A stretch of 36,702 nucleotides of DNA, from the NCBI GenBank assembly GCA_002269645.1, contig NIVC01002030.1:174210-210911 (forward strand), read 5' to 3'. Source of the DNA: Macrostomum lignano (Eukaryota). Numbering within the stretch: position 1 is the stretch's first letter; the number at the start of each line of letters is the position of its first letter. The notes beneath the pieces were generated by a model, which saw nothing but the letters and a program-made list of their open reading frames with translations, was not told where the DNA came from and did not search any database. The translations under genes and the position numbers were made by a program. This document shows, in pieces, positions 22,635 through 32,632 of the stretch.

Positions 22635-22898
22635 TGTCGTAGGGGTATTCCCGTACGGTACAAAATCCTACCGCGGTAACCAAGTTGTTACAGGTGTTTT
22701 ACCTCCCACTTTATCAATTTTAATCCCAACCGCTGATACCAAGTTGTCGTAGGCCTTTTGGCTCTCTATAAGAATTTCACCGTTATGCCACCAAAGTTGT
22801 ACTAGGGGTGATTCTTTCTTCTTATATTGATTTTACAAAGTCACCAAAAGCTATCACAGGGCTAATTTACTAATCTCTTAAGTTGGTAGCTGCCACCA
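22635..22898 (-). other. Array of ~5 [LTR-end + PBS-like] cassettes with unique spacers, period 52-59 bp
   Basis: Plus-strand CCA ends at 22682, 22741, 22793, 22846, 22898; the first four are followed by 3-5 nt and TGTTACAGG / TGTCGTAGG / TGTACTAGGGG / TATCACAGGG. Confidence 0.75.
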
Positions 22899-22982
22899 GG
22901 ATTATCCTATTAATAAATTGTGAGTTTATCAATCTTAGAATAATCCGAGAAATGTTTCTTAGAATAAGTCTGGGTATTTATT

Positions 22983-23125
22983 TAGTCTGAGTATTAGTCT
23001 GAGTATTATTCTGAGTATTATTCTGAGTACCAGTCTGAGTATTATTCTGAGTAAAACTGTTAGCCCTGAAAGGTGTACTCTTCTGATTATTCTGGTAGCG
23101 TTCTATTATTCTGGTAGCGTTCTAC
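22983..23125. repeat. 12-bp repeat (TATTCTGAGTAT-like) x6 plus 19-bp repeat (TTATTCTGGTAGCGTTCTA) x2 inside the LTR
   Basis: Direct repeats at 22983-23054 and ~23088-23125. Confidence 0.85.
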
Positions 23126-24131
23126 TTAATAATGGCCTGAGCGGTATTCTTGGCTTACTGGTATATGTATTTCATGTACTTTGCAAGTCCTTGGGCGTTA
23201 CCGAGATCAGAGGGTCACAGCCTCCGGTTATTCTTATACTTATTACTTAAGAACTACTTCGTATTCTCTTACTACTCAATGCTGCTGCTTCTCAATAGTA
23301 TATACTGTATACGCTTCAGTCTATTTCACTCTTACTTCTTAAAAAGAATCAACACAGAAAACACTTAGAACTTGAATTCTTATTTTCTCGGAACTCTTAC
23401 TATTTGTTATCAACTATTTTGTTAGTGAACCGCGGTGCGCGAGGTTGGTTCTTCCTCCGCCAAATTTGCTTCTATTTATACTAAAATTTGCTACAGTTTT
23501 AAACAAAAATTCGTTAGTGCAAAATATTATAGAAAATACGAGTATTAAAACAAAATATGTTTCTTAGTTTTGGCGTGAATTCAAATTGACTAAACGGTGA
23601 CTATTTTATAAAAAAATTGGGAGGGGCCCTGCACATATATTATATAAAAGGTTTTTACCATACATTTTTGGCCTAGGCCTATAACTATAAGTAAGTATAA
23701 CTATGCAAGGTCTATTTTCCTAGATAGGTTGTAGTGCTTGGTATAGGCCTAGCAATTGACCTATCCCATAACAAATTTACTAGATTTCCCCCTGGCCTAA
23801 TATCAACATACTTATATTAACAATAAGCATTAACCCTAAGCTAATAACCAGTCACATTTAAGGCTCTATAAGTATAACTAAGTATAAGCTATAGGCCTAA
23901 CTCCTAATGATTGAAGGGATACAGTAGTCGTAGACTGAATGGTGTGGTTGCAAGTTGCAAACAGACACAACAGTGCTTGTCTTGACCAAACTGGCATCAC
24001 ATCCAACAGAAGAAAACTAGGAAATAATTTATTGAGCATTGCCGATGTCAAAAAATGAATTCTTCGGCTCTAATAAGTCTAATTAGCTAGGGAAATTGAG
24101 GATTGGAGCGCGTGAATTTAAGAATGTATGC

Positions 24132-24786
24132 AAATTCGGCGACAGAAATTTAGCATGGCCAAATTCGAAAGCAAATCGGCGACAAGTCTTTCTAAGTCTG
24201 ATTTATTGATTGCAACCAAGGTACAAAAGTATAAGCCGTCTGCTGTCAGACCAACCCCCATCCTCTTCGTTAATAGTACAACACATGACTTCAACTAAGT
24301 ATGAGGTGTGCATTGTCAGCTGAGCGCACTGCAGAAAAGTGTACATCAGAAATCAGAATGAGAACAGAGATACTGTCAATAGATAATACTGCTACACATG
24401 CATGTACATTTATATTTCTGTGGCAAAGAGACTTAAGGCCTTAAGACTCCAGCCAGACACTAAACTCTTGCATGACCTTTGATAGAAAAAAATTGTATCA
24501 AGAGCAAGGCAACGCGCGTCGTTGAGAATTAAACGAATATTTCTTGGAAAGCACATTTGAATTAAAGTTCAGGATAAATAATGGATGAAACAAATTCAAT
24601 TAAAAAGGAAAGCTAATATGCATAACCTAATACTATTGTACCAAAATAATTAATAAGATTATACAGAATTATTCCGTCGCTGAATTTGACGAGATTGTCA
24701 GCGAATTTGCTTTCGCCGAATTTGTCCATGGTGCAGTGAATCTCTGTCGCCGAATTTGTTTGTCGCCGAATTGGACAACACCCGAA
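24132..24786. mobile_element. Degenerate DNA-transposon remnant with inverted subterminal repeats (CAAATTCGGCGACA / TGTCGCCGAATTTG)
   Basis: Motif occurs in forward orientation at ~24131-24185 and 3-4 times inverted at ~24714-24775; left terminus and TSD not identifiable. Confidence 0.4.
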
Positions 24787-25808
24787 TTTAGTACGCTAGA
24801 AATTAAATTAAAAGGTCCAGAAAATTTTCTAGGAGGGGCCAAGCTATACCAAGCACTATATATACGATCCAATATTAAAAAATAGAGTTTGGATAGTTAT
24901 ATACCAAAAAAGTATTGCCAAATTTATTTTTGGTCCGAGACTTCTTAACAACTAAAAGAGATGTTTAGTAGTTCTTGTTTTTGGCCACGGCTTAGAGGGG
25001 GTGGGGCATGGCTCCTTTTGCCCCCGCCTGGATCCGCGCCCCTGAATCTGCCAAAGGGCCAACCAAAGCAAAAATTTAATTAAAAACTCGTCTGTGTCTG
25101 ACCTCAAGTGCCTCCTTACAGACAAACTTTCTAAGAAAGAAGCAGTAAAACAGGGGCAGCATGTCAAAGTGCAGCTTTGTTTAGAAACAGTCAGTCAGAC
25201 CGTTAATTTTCCGATTTCTTTCTTTTCTGATTTACGTACCTGAACTTTCTGATTTTTTCGGATAAAAAGTTTAAATTAATCGCAGGCTTTTCCAACATAC
25301 GGCTTAAATTTGTGTACTATTAAATTTCTATTTATTTAGGCAATTAGGCGTAACTACCTGCGTTGAAATTTAACATTATTCGTGATAAGTGTCGACTAGT
25401 GTGGTGGGATACAGTTAGTAACTATCCGGTAGCTCGCTTTGGTGTGTCAAAAGGATATATTTCATATATTGGATAGTTTTTACATGCACATGTACATGTA
25501 GTGGTCCTTGGTAGGTGCACTGTCAAGGAATTAAGGGGTTAAACTTACGATTAATGAGTGATAAGCCAAACGAACCAAGCAAGGGGAAGGTTTTCATCCA
25601 ATTAATTAGCCATTAACTGTTGTCATACATGGCTGATGTAGATATGAAAGTTCTCAATTTCTATTCTAGCTTTAATTAATTCTTCGATCTATATAATTCA
25701 AGAACAGTTCAAAATTTGCAATTCAAATTCTTTCTCATCTTTAATGTTATGTTTATGTCAAGTTTGAGACTTAAGCCTATTTTGCGTCATCTTTTCCGTA
25801 ACCATAGA

Positions 25809-26097
25809 GGTAATGGCTAGAGTTCCGGCACCGGAACCCGTTTTCTAACAGCTAGGGATCCGGCAGTGCCGTATAGAAGCATATAAAGACTGCTAAGAAC
25901 ATATCTAAGAAGTCTGGATATTAGAAGCATCTCGTCCCGAATCTTATCATATTGTCTTAAATTTTAATCTAGAACAAAATCTCAATATCAGCCACATGTA
26001 GAAAGAAAAATATAATGTTCCATCTATATTATAATGGCACTGCCGGATCCGTAGCCGTTAGAAAATGGGTTCCGGTGCCGGAACTCTAGCCATTGCC
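25809..26097. mobile_element. 289-bp MITE with ~65-bp TIRs, probably Mutator-like
   Basis: TIRs GG(T/C)AATGGCTAGAGTTCCGGCACCGGAACCC..GGATCCGGCAGTGCC; flanks AACCATAGA (25800-25808) and AACCATGGA (26098-26106), an 8/9 match to a 9-bp TSD. The TIR could alternatively extend to CCAT ends. Confidence 0.8.
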
Positions 26098-26138
26098 AAC
26101 CATGGAAGACATTATGTTCTATATTAGTTCACAAATGT

Positions 26139-26298
26139 CAGTGGCGGATACAGGATTTTTAAAGTAGAGGGCGGATTTGCCTAACTTTTTGGATTGGCCG
26201 AAAATTAAAATACACCTCCAATTATATGCAAGTTCACCCCTGGCAAAACAAGGGGGGGCAGTTGTCCCCCTTCGCCCCCGCCCTTGGATTCGCCACTG
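26139..26298. mobile_element. 160-bp hAT-type MITE
   Basis: TIRs CAGTGGCGGATACAGG / CCTTGGATTCGCCACTG; perfect 8-bp TSD ACAAATGT at 26131-26138 and 26299-26306. Confidence 0.9.
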
Positions 26299-26408
26299 AC
26301 AAATGTAGTTGGATAGCTTTCGGGAATTGGTTCCGATGTAACCGATAAATGAATATTTCGGATATGAAAGGTCACAATAGGCTACATATACGAGCGTACA
26401 TGTATCAA

Positions 26409-27676
26409 TCAGACTACCGTTAGTGGCAAATCATAATAGAGTGTCTCGTCTTGGTAGACTTCTAGCCAGCGGCGTCGTCTTTGTATAACTGCCGCAGTAA
26501 TAGATAATTTTCGGCGCTGCCAGAGCCGAAAAGCACTACCAAAAGTTGCAGAAACAGCTCTGGACAGATCGCAGATTCCTTTGCTGTAAAACTGTATTGC
26601 GTCTTGACGGAACTGTGGTACCATCACAGACAACACAAGAAAATTAGAAAAAAGCTGGACACCGAAACATACCCTGCTAAAGTACACCAACGACTCTTCA
26701 TCAATTGGTCGGTAAATCTCTTGAGGCTGAGTCGCTAGCGAACCCTGTACTGATTGACTACCGCCGGCTGATAAGAATCTGGCGTACATTAGACATCCGT
26801 GCAGCAAACCCGGGGTGCTGAGCACAGCATGACCGAGACAACAAGCCAACAAACCCGTCCGCATTCGGATGAACAAGTCCACGTGGATTATTCGGTACTC
26901 AAGGCAGCGTCGACATTCTGGCTGGGGGCGTCTTTTGAATAACAGAAAAACGGTACATGCACTAACCACCGCGGTGACTGGCAGGATATCAGCGCATAAA
27001 ATATCAATTGCTGGCCACAACCAATCTGTGAATTCCTCTGTTATGGGCCAGCGTCGAGTCCATCCGCAGTGGTACACCTTGTCCAGATCATTAGTGGAAC
27101 TGCCTCTGTCAACAGTTAAGGTCCATGCAAAATGAGCATTGATAAGTGCTGCTAGTACAACCGATAGGAGTGCACAGTTCTTCACTCTGTCAGTGGAACC
27201 AGCGTTTGTGAAGCTGACTGGCTTCAAAAACATTCGTCTCGAGTCAAAAGCCATAGCGGCCTGTAAAAGCGATTTTAAGTGCAACAGACCGGAGTAAAGC
27301 ATGGTTAACAGCTGACAGTTGGACTCGTCCATCACGAGCAGCGATAGCATTATCTTTAAATCGAATGCGGACTGAAACCAGAGGTCAAGGAAACGAATAT
27401 ATAGCAGAAGAGTGTCCAAGACAGTGATAACCAGCGCATAGTAGCAGATTGGAAGCTGAGTCGATGCGTAGCGCAACATTAGCCGACAGGTAGCCAGATT
27501 ACAGACTGTGCCCATCAGCACTAACAGCAGAGGCAGCGCTGTGTTGATTAAAGCGAACTGTTCGCTGCTGAAGTCGCCAGAGCAGATCAAAACTTCATGG
27601 CCTAGCTGCGACAGTGCAGGCTCCACCATCGTCACGGACTCAATAAGCTCGGGTCCAGCTGTTGTAGCATTGCGAA
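26409..27676 (-). CDS. Class A (rhodopsin-like) GPCR, peptide-receptor-like (FMRFamide-R/GPR139-like clade); main 7TM exon
   Basis: Seven hydrophobic segments: TM1 GTVCN, TM2 ITVLD, TM3 C..MAFDSR, TM4 INAHFAWT, TM5 WPAID..LP, TM6 STP, TM7 SNFLVL..FR. Acceptor tctctccag| at 27677; an in-frame ATG at 27629 is the alternative start. Confidence 0.85.
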
Positions 27677-28005
27677 CTGGAGAGATGTATGGTTGAAGAA
27701 CTTTTGATCAAATAACCATAAATAATTATTCTGTTTTAGTATCTAGCTCTCTAATGTCCTTTTACAATATATAATTTATCCACGCGAAAAGTGTAAGCGT
27801 AGAAGCGTAGACTTTTACTCCTAGAAAGAAATTTAAGAAAAGGGCAAGTTAAGTTGTGCATGAATATACGCTCGTATTAACTATTGAGACATTGGAAGTC
27901 TTTGGTCGCCAGGGGCTAGCGGAATTGGCTGTCCTCTACGCCTCCTCGCTGCAGTTGAGTCAAGTAAGTCAGAGGTAAAATATTTTTAAATCTGGGTAAA
28001 TTCAC

Positions 28006-28240
28006 CTGTCTCTGACAGTTGTGCTTCCTCATCTTGCAGCTCAGTCCACATGACACAGTAAAAATCTGTCAGTCTGTTTGGACAATACTGGCTGCCACTC
28101 TTGTAGAAGCAGCCGCTATTTAGCGCAGCCAGTCTAGTATTGTTGCGTCGGCGAACTAGTTCCTCCTGTGCATCGGCCGCGTGGCCTGACTTGGCCGCAC
28201 GGAACCGGATTCTGCCGCCACCGCCGCCTCCGCGAGCCAT
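28006..28240 (-). CDS. Probable coding exon 1 of the GPCR (spliced product ~500 aa)
   Basis: GC-rich ORF from ATG 28240 ending ACA G|GTGAAT (phase 1), which joins in frame to the phase-1 acceptor at 27676; adds NNT/NAT sequons. Confidence 0.55.
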
Positions 28241-28795
28241 GTTTGATATCTTGATTTGCTTCCCAGCCTTTTATTTTTGCATGTATGCCTCACAGTGAAC
28301 CGTTAGTGTACCAATTCGTCGACAAGTATTACGGAAACAGAGACGATACGAGCCGTATTAGCGTTTGTTTCACCTCAGAGAGAATATCTTCGTGTTAATT
28401 TCTGTTTTTCTTCTCGAGTTCTTTGATTTCAGGACAGATGTTTTAGCTATGAGCACGGTGAAGGTCAGGAAAAATGATTGACACAAAGACTCTCGATTTA
28501 TTCTAAATATCGGAGTAGGATCTTAGATTTCCTGCTCCAGGATTTTTCTATCCTTTTTGGCTCAGCAGTTGTCATTGGATCTAGGAAATTCAAGCAGAAA
28601 CCGGACTCTTCTCGGTTCGTCCCAAGCCAGTTAGCATCTGTTAGCTGAATTTCTCTGCTGCGATACAGAGAGTGTTAAAATCGAAAGAAAGTATTCTCGG
28701 CTCGCCTTAAAACCCAAGAGCATGGGGATACTGGAAAATTTCGGTGAGATCATCAGTATCTTAATCTAGACAAATATCTCTCTAGCAGGTCACGA

Positions 28796-28946
28796 AATGG
28801 TAGATTGTGTCTATGGTTTTGGAGGTAGAGAATGGTAGATTGTGTCTATGGTTTTGGAGGTTGACAATGGTAGATTGTGTTTATGGTTTTGGAGGTAGAG
28901 AATGGTAGATTGTGTCTAGGGTTTTGGAGGTAGACAATGGTAAATT
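28796..28946. repeat. 35-bp minisatellite (AATGGTAGATTGTGTCTATGGTTTTGGAGGTAGAG), left part
   Basis: ~4 units, interrupted by the P-like element. Confidence 0.95.
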
Positions 28947-29143
28947 CAGGGACAACTAAAACCCTCGGGACGCGAAACGAGCCAATTCATGGCAAAAAAT
29001 CTAAGGGGCTCGCTTAAAAGTATTGTTCTATGGCTTTTTCAAGTCTTCTCTGCTATCAAGCAAATTAAAATTGCTTTAGCTGCGGCCAGCAGTGAAGCTA
29101 AGCTGAACTATATCAAGAGAAGCATTTTTATTCACTTGATGAA

Positions 29144-29278
29144 ATGCCAAGAAAGTGCAGCGTATTTCTGTGCTCGTCAAGTTCCAACTCTGAAGCCGTT
29201 CGAACACGGACATTTGCGTTTCCCAGAGATCCACAGGAGCGAGAGCGATGGAGAAAGGCGCTGCCAAATATTCTCCAG
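29144..29278 (+). CDS. THAP-domain protein of the P-like element, exon 1
   Basis: MPRKCSVFLC..FAFPRDPQERERWRKAL: THAP C-x4-C, P and W; donor CAG|GTAAGA. Confidence 0.88.
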
Positions 29279-29383
29279 GTAAGAAACCAGATCATTTGCT
29301 GTCATTACTGCTGCATAATTCCGCTTCAATTCTGCATGCCAGTCTCGTCCAAACAACTTGAAACCCAAAATTTATTATTTTAG

Positions 29384-29525
29384 AGAGTGACTGACAATAT
29401 GGGCGTGTGCGTAAAGCATTGGCCAAGCGATGCTCCAATGGTCAAGAAAAACTCTACCGAAAGGCCAATTAATCCTCCTTCTGTTTTTAATGGAGTTCCT
29501 AGCTCGTGTTTTGTTCAGAACCAAG
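29384..29525 (+). CDS. THAP-domain protein, exon 2
   Basis: ttttag|AGA GTG.. = RVTDNMGVCVKHWP..NPPSVF, completing C2CH and the AVP-box-like motif; donor G|GTACGT, phase 1. Confidence 0.88.
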
Positions 29526-29615
29526 GTACGTAACTTAAAGATTGCTCAACACTTAGCGTCTATATCGATTTTGCCGCTCACAATTATCTTACTTTTATTT
29601 TTACTCTTATTTTAG

Positions 29616-29964
29616 ACCAGGACCGACAGGCCGAAAAGCGCGGTGTTCTTTCTGACGCGAGGTGCGGCGACTTCGATGAGATGGACGCTTTTCAGCTGCT
29701 TGATTTTTTGCCGGCATGGGAAAGTTTTCGAGCTGAGGTGAAAAATTCGGATGTCGTATCTCGACATGCACTGAACACAGCTATTCTGAACGAAGACGTT
29801 TACTTGTTTACGTTAGATAAAGATGGAGACCTGTCTGTTCGAATTTTTGTCTCACCCAACTTTCTGATTCGTGCATTCAAACTGCATACACCGATTTCGG
29901 TTCGAGACTTGTTGGAATTAGGAGCTTTCCATTTCGGAGATGGCTTCGCTCTACTATATCGCAG
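29616..29964 (+). CDS. THAP-domain protein, exon 3 (crosses the deletion junction; spliced product ~213 aa ending ..RLYSD* in exon 4)
   Basis: ttttag|AC CAG GAC.. is in frame with ORF 29681; donor AG|GTAAGC. Confidence 0.7.
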
Positions 29965-30428
29965 GTAAGCTGGATATTAATTAAAATTTAATTCACAACG
30001 AGGTTTTATACAATCTCATAAAAACAATTCAAACCGTGCTTTATTGGAAATTGACAGGTTATACAGCGACTAAAGAAGGCATCAAAGGAACAGATTTGAT
30101 ATCAGAGACGAGCATTCCAGCCAGCGAATTCACTGAAGAGTTATCTCGCGGAAAGCTTTGTCATCCTCCACAATGGCTGTTAGACTTATCCTGTCTCTGC
30201 TACAGCAGTTTTATTCTGCACTCTCCTACGTGCGCAACTCGCGTGCAGAAGCTGTTTTATGTTATTAAGGACTTTTACTTTCCAACTAAGACACAGTTCA
30301 GCATGGACAGTGTGTCCCGTCGGCTAGCCAACGTTTTTTTCAAAGGACTAGTAAGACGCTCGTCAAAACTCCCACCAATACCGACGACATCCCATGATAG
30401 AAAGCTTCGGAAGTTAGATGCTCAGTAG
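29922..30428 (+). pseudogene. Out-of-frame C-terminal domain of P-element-type transposase (split by intron 29965-30057)
   Basis: A second frame reads ELSISEMASLYYIAG|YTATKEG..SEFTEELSRGKLCHPP..RRLANVFFKG; YIAGY and SRGxLxxP are typical of P-transposase C-termini. The frame is preceded by TAG at 29919-29921. Confidence 0.8.
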
Positions 30429-30504
30429 GTGAAGTTCCAGCGTTTCCTTTATGTACGAGCTACTGACTGTTTGTGTCGTCTTGTCCTTGGAGTTCCGTAT
30501 TTGC

Positions 30505-30650
30505 TTCTATCTTCTTGCCGTTGGAGTTTCATCTTCGCTTTCATCCTTTATCTTCTTGCCGTTGGAGTTTCATCTTCGCTTTCATCATCTTCTTGCCGTT
30601 GGAGTTATATCTTTGCTTTCATCTTTTATCTTCTTGCCGTTGGAGTTTTT
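30505..30650. repeat. 37-41-bp repeat (TATCTTCTTGCCGTTGGAGTTTCATCTTCGCTTTCATC) x ~4 in the 3' region of the P-like element
   Basis: CTTCTTGCCG at 30511, 30552, 30589, 30630. Confidence 0.9.
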
Positions 30651-30879
30651 TGTTGATATGGCGGTTACTTTATTGTAAATACATTGTAATTATATCACTG
30701 GTTCTTATTCTTTAAATTAAATACTCGACATTGCCTCGCTTTACTATTTAATCTAACCGTTAATGCCTGATAGCAGAGAAGACTTGAAAAAGCCATAGAA
30801 CAATACTTTTAAGCGAGCCCCTCAGATTTTTTGCCATGAATTGGCTCGTTTCGCGTCCCGAGGGTTTTAGTTGTCCCTG

Positions 30880-31075
30880 GGTAAATTGTGTCTATGGTTT
30901 TGGAGGTAGAGAATGGTAGATTGTGTTTATGGTTTTGGAGGTTGAGAATGGTAGATAATGTCTATGGTTTTGGAGGTTGAGAATGATAGATTATCTCTAT
31001 GGTTTTAGAGGTAGAGAATGGTAGATTGTGTTTATGGTTTTGGAGTGGACAATGTTGGATTTTTTCTATGGTTTT
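30880..31075. repeat. 35-bp minisatellite, right part
   Basis: Continuation of the 28796 array after the TSD, decaying rightwards. Confidence 0.93.
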
Positions 31076-31163
31076 AGGCAGACAATAATTGATTTTTCCC
31101 CACGAGTGATTGAAATTAAGCATGTGCGACAAAACGAAATGCACAACCCGTATAACAAACTTA

Positions 31164-31450
31164 CATATCCAATAGAAAGCTTGACGTCTCCAATACGTAT
31201 TTTTTAGGTCGTAGGAACGTCCCTGAGACATAACCAATTCATTTATGATCCTTCAAGAAGCTTGACTTTATAAATAAAATTGTGAATTAATAATACGAGC
31301 TACATTGCAAATCTATTCTTTATTATTTATTCGCCATTTTTGTAGAAACAAGCTTCTTGAAGGATCATAAATGAATTAGAAACATCTCAGGGATGTTCCT
31401 ACGACCTAAAAAACACCTATTGGAGACGTCAAACTTTTTTATTGCATACG
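31164..31450. mobile_element. 287-bp MITE with ~100-bp TIRs and TA flanks (Tc1/mariner-like)
   Basis: Long inverted repeat (..TTGACGTCTCCAATA..TTTTTAGGTCGTAGGAAC..CCCTGAGA..AATTCATTTATGATCCTTCAAGAAGCTTG) around a ~85-bp AT-rich core; TA at 31162-31163 and 31451-31452. Confidence 0.8.
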
Positions 31451-32412
31451 TAGGCTCGTAATTTTGTTATGCGGGCAAGCGTATGGTCTCATGAATGTAT
31501 TTATAGTAGCCTTGAATAATGATTTCGAAGCGTTGAATAATGAGCGTACAGCGTTGGAAAATGCCATTGGAGGGGCTTTTTCGCCATGTTTTTGGTGCCA
31601 GAGTTATTTTCAATTTACATTTACCTGCAGAGACATGCCATCCATAGCTAGTATCAAAGTTGGCGCGCATGTTTTTAAAGGTATAGTAGCAATACACGGG
31701 TCCCAAGAAGAAAAAAACAGCTAAATACTCTCTTATGGCAACACCACTATGAAAATCACCGAAGGCTAAAATTCATGAAAACGGACACAAATTCTGAGAT
31801 AATATTTTCTCGCCTTCCTTGGAAAGAATTCATTGCAAAAGAATCTAATTCGATTTGATTTGGGCTCTCAAAATTATTTGCGCCCGTCATTTTGTGTTGC
31901 TTCAATTGAGGCTGCTGTGAGAGAGACCCTACATGCAGATCGGAATCCAGCTGAGCCCGCCGCCTCTATGCGCCCCATGGCATTTGGGCGAGAGGAGGAT
32001 ACAAAAAGATTTCAGAATTTTCAACGATACACTGCATTCTTATGCAGAGCATTCTCGGCTACAGGAATTTCGATACAGCCTGTCCCAAATAACACACAAA
32101 AGCTGCTATCCGAGACTGTCAGTTCGAGCCTGGTTAAGGCTACAGATAATGTAGCTAAAAATACAGCGTATCTTAACTACTGCTATGCGCGTACATCTAA
32201 TTTCTGGGTTATACATTATATAATCTACTATTATTTATTACATTTTATTGCTTTTTTCTACAAAGCCTCTTAACTCATTTCCCAGTGCTGCTGGGTCGTT
32301 CGGGCTCTGTCTAAATGTGGCTCCGTCTGCATGTCTTGACGTCTTGACGTCTAACGTCTTGTAGTCTTGACGTCTACTGTGTGCCTGACGTAATATTTAA
32401 ATGCTTGATAAG

Positions 32413-32632
32413 AATCCGTCGGCGACTCCAGCTGGCAGTCCACATCATCCGCGCCGAGTCGTACTGCCCAGAGCCGGTGCAGGTGCTGCTGCTAACGCTG
32501 CAGGCACCCTACCGGCGGGGGCAGGCGCGCACTCGGCGTTTCGTCGACTGCCTGCTGGCTGACGCCGGCGCCCCGGATTCGGCCGGTGGCGTGGCGTTCA
32601 TTCGCGACCTGGCCTTGAGGCGCGCCCTGTGA
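32413..32632 (+). CDS. Possible terminal coding exon of an unidentified gene
   Basis: Abrupt GC-rich island with the same codon style (CTG/GCC/CGC) as SPO11 exon 2, open to TGA at 32630-32632; weak acceptor taag| at 32412; no family recognised. Confidence 0.35.

Larger units (their letters stand above)
22635..23635 (-). mobile_element. Solo LTR (~1001 bp) of a Ty3/gypsy-like retrotransposon
   Basis: Minus strand begins TGTGCAGGG (23635) and ends CCCCTACGACA (22635); TATA 4-bp duplication at 22631-22634 and 23636-23639; TATAAATA at 23480-23473 and AATAAA at 22982-22977 lie in U3-R-U5 order. Confidence 0.7.
28947..30879 (+). mobile_element. 1933-bp internally deleted P-superfamily (THAP) DNA transposon
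   Basis: 116-bp TIRs starting CAGGGACAACTAAAACCC (28947-29062 / 30764-30879, 2 mismatches); perfect 8-bp TSD GGTAAATT; THAP exons and P-type C-terminal domain but no catalytic core. Confidence 0.93.

Noticed and set aside
22635-22898. CRISPR array or tRNA genes
   Set aside because: Repeat-spacer-like, but the constant parts are short and variable, there are no cas genes and the context is eukaryotic. Only tRNA 3'-end-like 18-20-mers are present, without D or anticodon arms.
22441-25044. Pairing CAGAGATGGATCTAG (22441) with GGATCCGCGCCCCTG (25044) as one hAT element
   Set aside because: Flanks (TACTAACA vs AATCTGCC) do not form a TSD; treated as orphan ends.
30429-30715. Three overlapping 75-80-aa ORFs after the transposase remnant
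   Set aside because: Translations of the 37-41-bp internal repeat.
31464-32273. ORFs of 73-146 aa upstream of the orphan exon
   Set aside because: No family resemblance, AT-rich tail and no convincing donor linking to 32413.
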